DNA from: Guillardia theta CCMP2712
Taxonomy: Eukaryota; Protista; Cryptophyta
Assembly: GCF_000315625.1 (NCBI RefSeq)
Contig: NW_005434586.1
Location: forward strand, 293,184 to 357,183
DNA length: 64,000 nucleotides
Direction: 5' to 3'
In this document: positions 47,700-58,765 of the stretch, piece after piece
How positions within the stretch are numbered: position 1 is the first letter of the stretch
How the letters are laid out: the number at the start of each line of letters is the position of its first letter
Position numbers and translations under genes: made by a program
Notes under the pieces: model-generated
Told to the model about the DNA's origin: nothing
Database searches by the model: none
The model's input: the letters and a program-made list of their open reading frames with translations, nothing else

Positions 47700-48420
47700 T
47701 GACTTGGCTTGCAGCCGCCCTGCTTAGCGCGGCACTGTAGGCGATCGGATGGCCGCATTGGGGACCGGACACTGGCCTGCGGCACTGAGCACGCTCAGAG
47801 TCACTAGCGGCGGCGGCCCGGCACTCCTGGCAGCGGCACTGGCAGGCCGCGCAGGAGGCTCGAAGAGATCATTAAGTTCAAAGCCTGTCACGCATTGTGA
47901 TTCCGAATAAAAAGTTGATGCCGGGGGCCCGGGTCCTTTGCTTGACTCTTGAATGGCGGGGCGGCCGGGGGCGAGCGGCTGGTTCCGAGAAGGAGTCCGG
48001 CTGGCACTGCAGCAACCGAGAGAGAGGAGGGCGACTACCGTCGGAAGCCCTTGCCCCTGACCGTACGGTATCCCGGAGTCCAATGATCGGACGCACTGCG
48101 GCAGTGCGGCCGGGCCCTCCGGTGCGGCTCGGACAAGATCATCTGATACGGCGGCGAGAAGAGCCTTCAAAAGACAGTAGGAAACCTTGACTCAGTGAAG
48201 CCGCGATCCGAGTGACTCAGTGATGTCATCACGGTCGCCGCTGTCACGGCGCCGCCGCGAACTTCGGAACTTCCGAGACTCGCGTTTGCAAGTCGGATCA
48301 GCGGCGCTGCCGTTTCCGAGAGCCTGACTCAGTGAGGCTCCGCGGCCGGCGGCCGCTGTTCCAAGTTCGCCCCCGGGGGCCGGGCCCGGATCATGGGCCG
48401 AGCGGGCCTCGGATCCGCCA
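47700..48420. other. GC-rich palindrome island (type A), directly followed by a type B/AT-rich tract to about 48900
   Basis: TGACTCAG at 48188, 48213 and 48325. Confidence 0.7.
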
Positions 48421-49698
48421 CCGTTTCAGGCAACTTCATAGCGTTCTGACAGTCAGAAAGCTGGACGATTACCACATATACCACCCCGGGGAAGGGATCT
48501 AAGGGTCTATTTTCACCCCCTCTTCTCACCGCATATAAACGGGTCTGTCAGTACCCCCACCCCTCTTTTGACAAGGACAGAGCAAATGTTCCTGCTCCCC
48601 GGGTGTATCCACTTGAGGTATATAACATTGTACATCAAAAATCACCGGTAAAAGGAGGTAAGTACGGTACAAAGTGTAATAATTTAAAAACAATGAGTGT
48701 ACCATCATTCCTCAAATCATTGTGTAGTATTCCAATAATTCATACAAAGTATTAGTCATATATGATGGTATTATGTTAGTAAACCAATATTATAACTATT
48801 TTATAATTGCTAAAACTCCCCATCCATCTACCGAGGGGCCTCTCAAAAACAGTTTTAAACACCAACAACTTTTTGTCTATAATCTTATCTAAAAAGTAGT
48901 TTTACAACTGCCCTTCCCTTCCCGCCTCTGATGCAGCCAACATCTTCGCTGCCTCCTCCCCTCCCCCCTCCCTCCGCACTCCATCTCTTCTCAACACCTA
49001 GTATCCTCCATTCAAGTTCTAGTTGTTGTTTCCATCATGGCTCTGTGCTCCTGCTCCATGTTTTTGAATCTCTCCTGGCCGCATACTTGTCGTGTCAAGG
49101 CAATATGCTGTGACTTTTTGCATGTGGTTTTTGATCGCATGACTCTTCTCCACTGTATCAAGCTAGACGATCTTGTCCATTTTTGTCTTGTTTCCTCTAA
49201 CATTGATGTTGTTGATGTTTGAATCTTCGTTGCCGTGCATTAGGGTTCTGGCTGAGTCATATCCTTTCCGCCCCTTCGATCCTTTTGGCTGCTGCTCCGT
49301 GATGTCGTTGAATATGAATTGCAGCTGCTATTCTCGTAACAGATGAAATAGAATTAGAAGAGTGTAATGTTCATGAGAGCAGAGAGGGCCACCCTCGTAA
49401 CACGTATCCATACATTCCGAGTGAAATTCATGTGCAAGCACTGATGAAATTCTTCAGGTCAGTTTCCTGGTTGGTTTACCATCATGGGGCAATGATCCTT
49501 TTTCCTTATCCAAATTATTAGAGGAGAATTACAAATTTAGAGACTGCATTGGTTGAATATCGTGAACAGCATTAACGACAGACCCCTCGACTTCTTGACC
49601 AACTGTCATTTGGGGGTCGTATGCACTTTTGCTTCAGGAGGAACATCGGCTTGAAACTCAGAAGAGATTGTTGAGAATTGCTGGTTGCTACACCCAGA

Positions 49699-50397
49699 AT
49701 GACTGACGCTAAGGCAAACGATTCCTTCGACCATGACGCAAACAATGCAGAAGAATCGTCGGGACGACCAGTCCGTAGGAGCAGGTTGCTCTCCGATGAT
49801 GCTAGACTTGCGTTGCAACTGCAGGAGCAAGAGCTCAGAGCTGCAAGAGGAGGCTTTCAGACGTCAAGGAAGAGATCGAAGCCATCTAGTAGTCCACGGA
49901 AGAGTTCTTCAGGCTCAACTCAGAAGGCAAAGACCTCACAGCCCGAGCCGCAGACCACTGCAAAGAGTCGGCAAAAGGTGAGCACAGCGTCAGGAGGAAA
50001 GAAAGCAGCGAAACCAGCAACCAAGTCAGCATCGAATAAGACACAGCCCAGCAAAGCAAGGTCGTCTTCGAAGAAGTCGAAGACTGCTTCCAGCCATCAG
50101 GATGACGGCTTCGTCCAATTTGGTCTGGAGCCTTGGCCAGGATCTGATGAAGCAGTGCCAGCAGTCAAGAGCAAATCTCTGAGGCTAGAAGAAGACTCCA
50201 CAGTCATGAGCATCAAACGGCTAATCATTGACGAGGCTTACCCGGGAGAGAACCTTTCGAAGATTGAGGTCCGAACCAAGGCTGGAATGTTGCTGGGGCA
50301 GGACCACTCGCTGAGATACGTCCGACAGTTCCTCTGGCCGGAATCCAGGGGAGACCTCGTACTTTATTACTCGAAGGGGAAAGACTCTCTCTTCTGA
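49699..50397 (+). CDS. RAWUL (ubiquitin-like) domain protein with a UIM/MIU-like helix and basic linker
   Basis: DDARLALQLQEQE; K/S-rich linker; C-terminal LRLEEDSTVMSIKRLI..IEVRTKAGMLLGQDHSLRYVRQFLW...DLVLYYS. Confidence 0.7.
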   Translation: MTDAKANDSFDHDANNAEESSGRPVRRSRLLSDDARLALQLQEQELRAARGGFQTSRKRSKPSSSPRKSSSGSTQKAKTSQPEPQTTAKSRQKVSTASGGKKAAKPATKSASNKTQPSKARSSSKKSKTASSHQDDGFVQFGLEPWPGSDEAVPAVKSKSLRLEEDSTVMSIKRLIIDEAYPGENLSKIEVRTKAGMLLGQDHSLRYVRQFLWPESRGDLVLYYSKGKDSLF

Positions 50398-50599
50398 TCT
50401 GGCAGAACCCCACTGGCTATCTCGTTCAGGGGACTCTATCAAGACAGAACCGCTGTCACAGAACTGCCGAAAGCAAGAAGTTTTTGAGCTGTTAATTTTG
50501 TGCAGACGAGCATTCACAGTGACCCAATAACCAAATTTCTCTAGACTATAATTTATTTTTTGAAATGAAGGATTGTCTGAACGTCAAGCATTACTTCAC

Positions 50600-51730
50600 T
50601 TACAACCACGTCCTTCCGTCAAGAATGACATCAGAGTCTCCCTTCATTTTCATTCCGAATGCAACCCTCCAGACGTCTCCTTAGAGGCATACACGGACGA
50701 CAGCAGCATGATACAGCACAAGAATGGCAGATAAGATCTTCTGCCCGGCGGGCCCCAAGTTGTGCTTGCCCCATGGCGCATTGACGATGCTCACAATCGT
50801 CATACCGGCGGTGATGTAAGCAGCGATGCCCAAGTAGCGATGTACCTTATCTCTCCTGCAAGAAGAGTCACGCATGCTGTTCAAACCTAAAGGATAACAG
50901 GATGTACCAAAGGTAGTACAGGGACTGAGTCTTGTGGCTGGTAGTGCGATAGGCAGCGAGCAGGAGCGACGACGTACCAAGCACGGTAGTGAGAGCACCG
51001 AGCTTTCCGTGGAGGGAGACAAGATGCTTTGCGACAAGCTTCTTGGCTGCGGCATTGTTCTCCTTGTTCTGCCAGATGGCCCACAACCCTCCTGCGATCG
51101 CAGCGTATGCCAAGCCATTCAAGATCCCGTGGGTCTGCACCTTGGCCGCTTTCTCCTACAGATAGAATCATGGCAGGAAGATTGGAGAATGAATGTTTTC
51201 AAACCTTCACGTCTGTTGTCTCCTTGCTCTCTCGCAGATACTTGATGGCGTACGGGGTCAGCGCCAGCCAACCCACGCCTAGCAATGTGGGATGCCACGA
51301 GAAGAGGCTCGAGGGGAACTTGGAGCTGAATGAACCAAAAATCAGCCACGTACATGTGCAAGTAGAAAATCATATCTACATTATAACAACACACTCCAAG
51401 CTCAGTGAGAACGAACCATTGATGAACCACAGGACGAGTTTCAGTGCTTATCAGAGTGGAAGATTCTAATCATGAGGATAATACACACATTGGACAACAA
51501 CCAATCTGTTCCTTAGGAAAACAAATGCGATCAGGGCAGCAAGCACAGACGGAATATCAAGACAAACATCGACCATCTCACCCTTGAGCGGGGGAACTTC
51601 ACAGAATCAGGAGAGAAGAACGGGGAACGAAGGAGGCGGTATCACGGAGCATGAAGTTCGCATACCTACGGGCAAAAAATGCGGCAAGCACTGCCCCTGC
51701 GGGTGCCAGAGTCGCGAGCGAAGCGGACAT
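50600..51730 (-). CDS. Cytochrome b561 domain protein (multi-exon)
   Basis: Four heme-ligand His motifs within TM helices: FSWHPTLL, QTHGILN, SLHGKLG, VHRYLG. Confidence 0.85.
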
Positions 51731-51779
51731 GGTGGAAGAGGACGGAGGCAAGGTGCGCAGGCTCGGGGTGGGTGGGGTA

Positions 51780-52200
51780 TGTAGCCCGTTAGGCAGAGGT
51801 GGGGTGGTTTGGACGTCAACTTGAGGGTATAGAGACTTATCAGCCATGTTCAGGGGGTCCTACTAAGGGGTGGGGTACGAGATTACATTCCACCGGTGAT
51901 CAAAGAGTCAAATACACCGGTGGTAACATCAAAACAGAGGGTGGGGTGGCTCACAGGCACCCCCTTCTGAACTTTCACATGGACCCACCCCTACAATCAT
52001 CACTCTGAAGGACTCAAACACACCCGTACTGAACCAAAAAAAAACATTCTAAGCAGGGGTACACATGTGGTCATCAGGTAGAGAAATTTGAAATGCTGAA
52101 TATTGAATCATTTGCCTTAAGTTTGAAATCTTATATGAAAATTTATATTTAAGTTTATTGCAATATAATTTCAAACTAGAAAACATAGTTTGAAATATAT
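51780..52200. other. GGGGT/ACCCC-rich tract (type B) plus an AT-rich block, between divergent genes
   Basis: Direct reading. Confidence 0.6.
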
Positions 52201-52988
52201 TTCAAATCACCCTCGCATCCGCCTTCGAAAGGTCGCGCCCCTTGGCTGACGGTCACTGAAGGTGAGGCGATGCACAGATAGCGGCGGGAGACATCCGCCA
52301 TGCTCTCTTCCCCCTCCTCCACTTCCTCTTCCTGCTATCCGCTCTTCTGTTCTAATTTTTTCTCCTCTTCACCTTCACCTCATTCCCCTGTACATACTCC
52401 TGCTCCATGAATCCATCGTCACCCGCTCGCCCTGCTTGTTCACGATCCGTCAATCGTTTTCCTTCCTCTCACCTCCCATATCGTGATCCGCTGTTTGTTA
52501 CACTCGGCGATGAGAGATTCTTTCTGCCCTCTTCCTCCTCGACGTTCGACGTTGTTCTGCTGCTTTCCCTCGTTGGTCTTCTGCCGCTCCATCTTCCCAT
52601 TGCTCCCCTCACTCAGAAAACTTTTTACTCCTCGTGATCTCTCGCATTACCGAACTATTCCTTTCGATGGCTTCCGTATGTCATACTGGATTTTTGGTCC
52701 TCTTCCTCTGCTCCAGCCTTTCATCTGAATTCTTCACCTCCCCAAAAGAGCCAGTAGTGTTGAACTGAGATGTTGAGAAACGATTTGTCGCATGAGACAA
52801 GATTTTGTTTGAGATCACCGACCGAAAGTGATCGTTTGTGTATATTGATAACCCTCGATATGCCGCGATGCCGTAGTAATCATCGTTTATAAGCTTTCCC
52901 TTTTCTTCACGTCTTGTATTTTTAACGTGCGTTGATCCATCTTGTTTAGTCTGCACACAACTGATTCTGATGTTATTCCTGCAGTACA

Positions 52989-53174
52989 ATGCGCACTATC
53001 CTCTACGGAAAGAAGGCTGCCAACCTCTACACCCAGGCGTTCGTTCAGAACACCCAGGCTCGCGCCCTCTACCAGGAGTCTGAGGATACCTACTACCGCG
53101 CCAACGATGCCGCCTCCTACGACGACTGGCGCCGCGCTCGCCACCAGTGGGACTACTTCTACAACCGTCATTAA
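52989..53174 (+). CDS. 61-aa Tyr-rich small protein with strong codon bias
   Basis: MRTILYGKKAANLYTQAFVQNTQARALYQESEDTYYRANDAASYDDWRRARHQWDYFYNRH; all Tyr=TAC and all Leu=CTC; a branch site and the acceptor cctgcag lie just before the ATG. Confidence 0.75.
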   Translation: MRTILYGKKAANLYTQAFVQNTQARALYQESEDTYYRANDAASYDDWRRARHQWDYFYNRH

Positions 53175-53284
53175 GATGCTCGAGCGGGGGCAGGAGGATA
53201 AGATTTTGCCCTCTGGGTTTTCACTTATTCTTTTCCGCGTGACGGTTTGATTCTCATGAAAGGAAGTCAAAAAAACAATATGCT

Positions 53285-53925
53285 TCACTGTCTCCGCCTT
53301 CCTGCCCCTCCTCCTCTTCCTCTGCTCCGTGTGCTGATAATCACGAAGATGAGGAGTGGAACTGATACGATCCAGACAGCCTCCCACCACGTTGCCTTCC
53401 AGCTCACTCGCCCATTCATGTTGGCTCGACGGTAGGTGCCCTTGCCTGCTCCTCCCGAGAAATTCCTTCTGCCCACCTGTCCGACTGGATGCAGTCGGAC
53501 GCCGCTGATCATGACAGTCCGAGGAGGTGATTTCCAGCGTGTCCTTCCTCTTACTGCCTGCCCTGCACAGCTAGTGAGATTCCTTACTTCCTCTCCATCC
53601 TCCATCACCGTTGTGGCTCGAGGTCCAAGTGTCGTTTGACCTCCCTTGTACCTGCTCCAGCTGTTACCGACTCGTCCTCCTCCCTCCTCCTCTACCCAGT
53701 GGGTCTGCGGTGGCACCCCCAAGCTCGCTTCAACGCGCGAGGAATCTGTCCAGCTCTTGTCCACCTCGGCTTCAACAAGGATGTCGACCTGTGACAGGTC
53801 AGGGATACTAGAGGGATGGAGGAGGCAACTTGAGAGGCAAGGAAGGGGCCCAGCAGCAGAGGGAGGAAAAGGTGGAGGACGAGAACAAGCAGTGGCGCAG
53901 CAGAAGCAGCAAGCAAGCAAAAAAG

Positions 53926-53990
<65 letters not shown>

Positions 53991-56900
53991 GATGATGTGT
54001 AGTCGGCCTCACCGCTAGCTTGTCAGAGGGAGAGGCGGTTGCGATCATGATTTTGCTCAGGTAGGGAACGGACGCCTGAGTCTAGTCAGGCGGACGGGCA
54101 GGAGAGGAGTGAAGGATACCATCCTTCCGTTCCAGCCAGCAGGTAAACCTCTGCAGAGGGAAAACCCTCGGGGGCAGAGGCGAGCAGAGGTCTGCTCATC
54201 CTGTGGTGGCAAGTGAAATGAGGAATAAGGGAGGGAAATCCGTGCTCAGATCCTGAGAGGAAAAGAGGAGGAGGGCGCGGGGAGCAGGGAAGATGGCAGG
54301 AGGGAGGAGCTAGAAGGTAGGAAGAAGAAGGTAGCAGGGAGGAGAAGGATTGAAGATAGGGTGTGTAAGAGCACAGAATCACCTTGCAACGGTGAGTGCC
54401 AAGATGTTTTTGATCCGGGAAAAACTCGCAAGAGAAAATTTCGCTGTCGAAGATGCAAGCATCCTCCAAAGCCAGCTGAGTCTGCAACTAGCCGGAAACA
54501 AAGATAAGGCCAGGTATGAAGGAGGAGGAGGAGGAGGAGGAGGATGAGGAGGAGGAAGGTATACATGAGAAGCAACAGGAGCAGCAGGGATGCGAATGAA
54601 AGCTCATACCTTGTCACAGTCTCGTAGGAGTTGTTGAGGATTTCGAGCAAACCTCGTGTCAAGATGATTGTGCCAACAGAGCTTCCCCCGGTCCTCCTCC
54701 TCCACCATCTCCTCCCCCTTTCGCGTCCCCCCATGACTCTGGTCAGCGCCATGGCGTGCACGGCACGTTACTCGGAAGCTGCTGATGCGAAACGCTCCTC
54801 CAACACGCCACTGGACCCAAAACGTGGAGGGCGAGCTGAACGTGGACGAGTTGCCACTCGGCAGAAACTCGCCTGCCCCTCCTGCCTTTCCAGTCACAAC
54901 ACTCCTTGTCCTCCTCCTCCTCCCCTTCCTCCTCCTATCTTGCTCCTGTTCCTCAGGCTCCTGCTCCTACTTCTCCTCGCCTTCCTCCCCCTCATCCTCC
55001 TCCGCCATCTTTCCTTGGGTGTAAACTTGTTCCAAGATGACGTAGGGTTGGACGACATCGAGTACAAGGAGTGACAGGCGAACGTTGCGTGCAATGTGGC
55101 CGAAGTCGCTGCTGCCGTGCACGTTTGACAGGCTCGAGAGGATTCCGAGTGACGAGCCCAGCTCGGACTCAGGTGGGATCTTCTGGTAGGCTTACCCAGG
55201 GAGTCAGCTGTACAGCTGGTGGGCCAACGTACGGACCTGTTTCTACCAAGAGGTTGGCCGCTCGATGCCTGTCAGCATCATGAGAGGGAGGCCAGACGCA
55301 GAGGGGACAGCAAGGCAGCAAGGCAGCAAGGCAGCAAGGCAGCAAGGCAGCAAGGCAGCAAGGAGAAGACTCACGTGACGTTGCCGTAGAGTGTCCGAAG
55401 GTTGGAATATCCTCCATACTTGGAAGGAAGGCAGTTCACCCCACCAGGAGCCCACGAGGCCCCGTACGCCCAGTCTTCCATCCCTCCTCCAACCTCCTCC
55501 TCCGTCACCGGCAGGAGAAGAAGAGGCAGCTGCTTCTTACCGGGTAGATGACGCGCGGATCGTTGAGAGGGCCGAAGCGGAATTTCTCCATCCTCCCCGT
55601 CGGAAGAGGCCCAGCAAAGTCGCTTGCGTACTTTGACAAGATCTTGAAGTGGGGTCAGAGAAGGGGGAAGGGCGACAAGAAGAAAGGAAGACGAGGAGGG
55701 AGAGGAGTGAATTGGACAGAGAAGACTGGATAGGGGGGGTTAGGGGAACATGAGCAGGGATTCATCAGGAAGGGGGTGAGAAAACGCTTGGAAAGAAGGA
55801 AAAGGAACGCGCTGGTGGAGACGATTGGGTCGGCATGTAGGAAGAGGAGTGGAGAGCAGAGGAGTTCGAAAGAGGCTCAGCAGAATCAACAGGTGATCCT
55901 ACCAACATGGCCGTGTGATCGGGAGAAATCCAAGAGGAGAGCATGCCCTCTCTTGCTTGGCACCTCCCGGGGTAACCCGGGCAATGCTTCGTGTCTCCCC
56001 AGGGATGTGCGATGAGGTTGTCTCCCCCATGAAACGTGACAGCCAACGAGAAGATATTCCTCCTCCACACCTGAGCCCAAAGATTTAATCTCCACCTCCT
56101 CCGCCCTCCCCCTCCCGCCGTCTCCCCTTCCTCTGATTCCTCTTCCTCATCTCCCCCCACTCCTTTCCCCCATCCTCCTCCTCATCCTTTGCCCCATCCT
56201 CCTCCCCATCTTCCATCCCGCCTCCAGCTCCCAGCCATCTCCTCACCTCGTTTACGCTCCTTGCTGCTACAGACTGCATACAGCGGGAGCTGGAAGTGTC
56301 AAAAGCAAAGTCTCTGTTCGGGTCAACCCCCAGCTCGTCCCTCTTGCTCTCCTGGTATCCTACAGCGTTCGCCGCCGGGATCAGCACCAGCACCCGACTG
56401 TCCAGCATGATCCTCGCCCATGGGTCGACCGCGTACGTCCCCAGCAGGAAGGACACGAGCTCGAGGAGAGCAGTGGGTCCGATCCTCTCGTCTCCATGTA
56501 GAGCTCCACTGAAGAACAACCGCGGAGTTTCCTCCGTCCTTGCCTGCATGTTGCCAACTTCCATAACCCACACCTTGCAAGGCTGGTTCTTCTCCACTCC
56601 CTCCTCCTCGCTGCATTTCCCCGCGCTTGGCAGGCCGAAGTCATCTTGAGCGCTGTACAATCTCACCATGTCCGGGTACAGGAGCTCCAGCGCCCTCATC
56701 CTCTGCAGCATCGCTGGGTAGGAAAGATAGCGGAATCTGTAATGGCTGGTTTGTATCCCTTGCTCGTTTCGCGAGAGCCATAGGTCGCAGTCCAGAGCCG
56801 CCCACTCCGGGTCGTCCTGCTGCTGCATGAGTTGCGAGAGAGGCGGTGAGCGCTCTCCTTGCTTCTTCAGGCAGAGCATCCGGTTGTCAATGAGCTTCTT

Positions 56901-56993
56901 GTGGAAGGGTACCTGAGTGTTGTACTGGAGGGAAACCACATACTGGCAGAGGCACAGCAGCGAGACGACTCGGTACCTCCCCCGCATCACCAT
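53285..56993 (-). CDS. M14 zinc carboxypeptidase, secretory, with a C-terminal transmembrane anchor (multi-exon)
   Basis: Signal peptide RYRVVSLLCLCQYVVS; zinc motif ALHGDERIG; DPNRDF; TFHGG..IAHPW; C-terminal TWWEAVWIVSVPLLIFVIIS followed by a basic tail. Confidence 0.9.
53925..53990. repeat. (GCAG)n microsatellite in an intron; also (GCAAGGCA)n at about 55308-55360
   Basis: Direct reading. Confidence 0.9.
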
Positions 56994-57426
56994 GTGACTT
57001 GTGAGGGCTCAGATCAATGAGACTTGACTCCCTGGAGCGAGTCTCGTCGGCCTGATCTGGCTCTTCCGGAAGTCGAAACGTGATAGGATGTGTGCGTGAG
57101 AAGGGGCCAGCCATCATCTCGCCATGGCTATCAGCAATGGCGTCGCCATCGTTCTCTCCTTGTTCGTATTTTCGTTGTGTCTCCTCCTCCCTCCCTCCCT
57201 CCTCCCTCCCTCCCTCCCTCGCTCCCTCCGCTTCAATGTCGCATGCAGCTCCAGGTCATCCCCGTCACCACCATCGACCCGATTGTCGTCGGTTACGCGT
57301 AACGGCTCAATTGCGATGAACTAGTTCGGTTCAAGTCAGTTGATTCTGGAAGAAATTTGGATTAAATCAGATCGAATCATAACCGTTGTAACTGTCGAGC
57401 GGAGGCAGCGACAGGTGTCCAAAACC

Positions 57427-58496
57427 ATGGCGCTGGCGCTGTCAAACGCGTTCACGGCCATGAGCCGCGAGGCTCGTCGTCATGAGCGCAGAACGAAGAA
57501 TCCTGCGAACCCTGAGCTTCCTGCATATGATGAGGAAGAGATGCTCATGAAGTTCGCCATGCCGGGCCCAAATGCGGTGAGTTTTGGCACGTTTCATGTA
57601 TCGTTTGTTTGCAGCCCCCTTAGTCCTTTCTGCCGTCTTTGTGTACCGTGCATGAGTTTCATGTTAATTGTTTCTGCAGCCGGATGATTTTCTCAGCGGT
57701 GCCTTCGCTCCAAAGAACGCTAACGACAGCGATCCGGCGCTCAAGTTTCTTCACGGAACGACCACGTTGGGGTTTGTCTTTTCTCAGGGTATCATTATCG
57801 CGGTTGATTCAAGAGCAAGCATGGGAAGCTACATCGGTGATTTCTTTGAACTTCGCTAGCACCAAGGTCTAACAGATTGACAGGATCGCAAACTGTAAAG
57901 AAATGCATTGAAATCACTCCTTATTTGCTCGGTACCATGGCCGGCGGTGCAGCAGACTGCATGTTCTGGGAGAGACACCTTGGTCGTCTTTGCCGTTTGT
58001 ACGAGCTGAGAAACAAGGAACGCATCACCACAGCTGCTGCGTCCAAGTTGCTTCATAACATCATGTACTCGTACAAAGGATACGGCTTGTCAATGGGCAC
58101 AATGATTGCTGGTTGGGATAAGGATATTGGGCCAAACTTGTACTACTGCGATAGCGAGGGAACCCGTGTGAAAGGACAGAAGTTCTCTGTCGGCTCTGGT
58201 TCTCCTTATGCCTATGGTGTGCTTGACGAGGGATACAAGTTCGACATGTCAATTGACGACGCCTGCGAGCTCGGACGTCGTGCCATCTACCACGCCACCT
58301 TCCGTGATGCTATGTCTGGAGGAAGAGTGTCAGGTACCTTGAGCTCTATGTTGTCGTCTCCGACTTATGCTTGTCTGCAGTTTATCACGTGCACGAGAAC
58401 GGATGGACGAAGATCAGCATGGATGACGTGCAATTGTTGCATGAGAAGTACATGAAGGAGGCGGGAAGGACGACACCAGCTTGGAACCACATGTAA
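57427..58496 (+). CDS. PSMB5: 20S proteasome subunit beta type-5 (4 exons)
   Basis: Propeptide, then KFLHG^[51 protein letters not shown] and [10 protein letters not shown]. Confidence 0.97.
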
Positions 58497-58765
58497 CGTA
58501 GCAGGGCTGTGGGTGGTATGAGGTTCGTCGATGATGGAATAGAGGATCTGTTGAAATATACTCGGGAAACGTTTGAGTTGTTGAAGCGTTGATACCAAAG
58601 TGTCATTCAATCGGTGGTATTTCAACATGCAAATCTCACTGCCCAAGGGCATATTGGTTTCACTAACAAGAAAGTAATGTTTTCAAAAACAAGCAAAACA
58701 ACATGATACCGCAGTCGAGTCGTTTATTATCAACAGTTAAGATAGAATAACTTGTTACACCCCGT

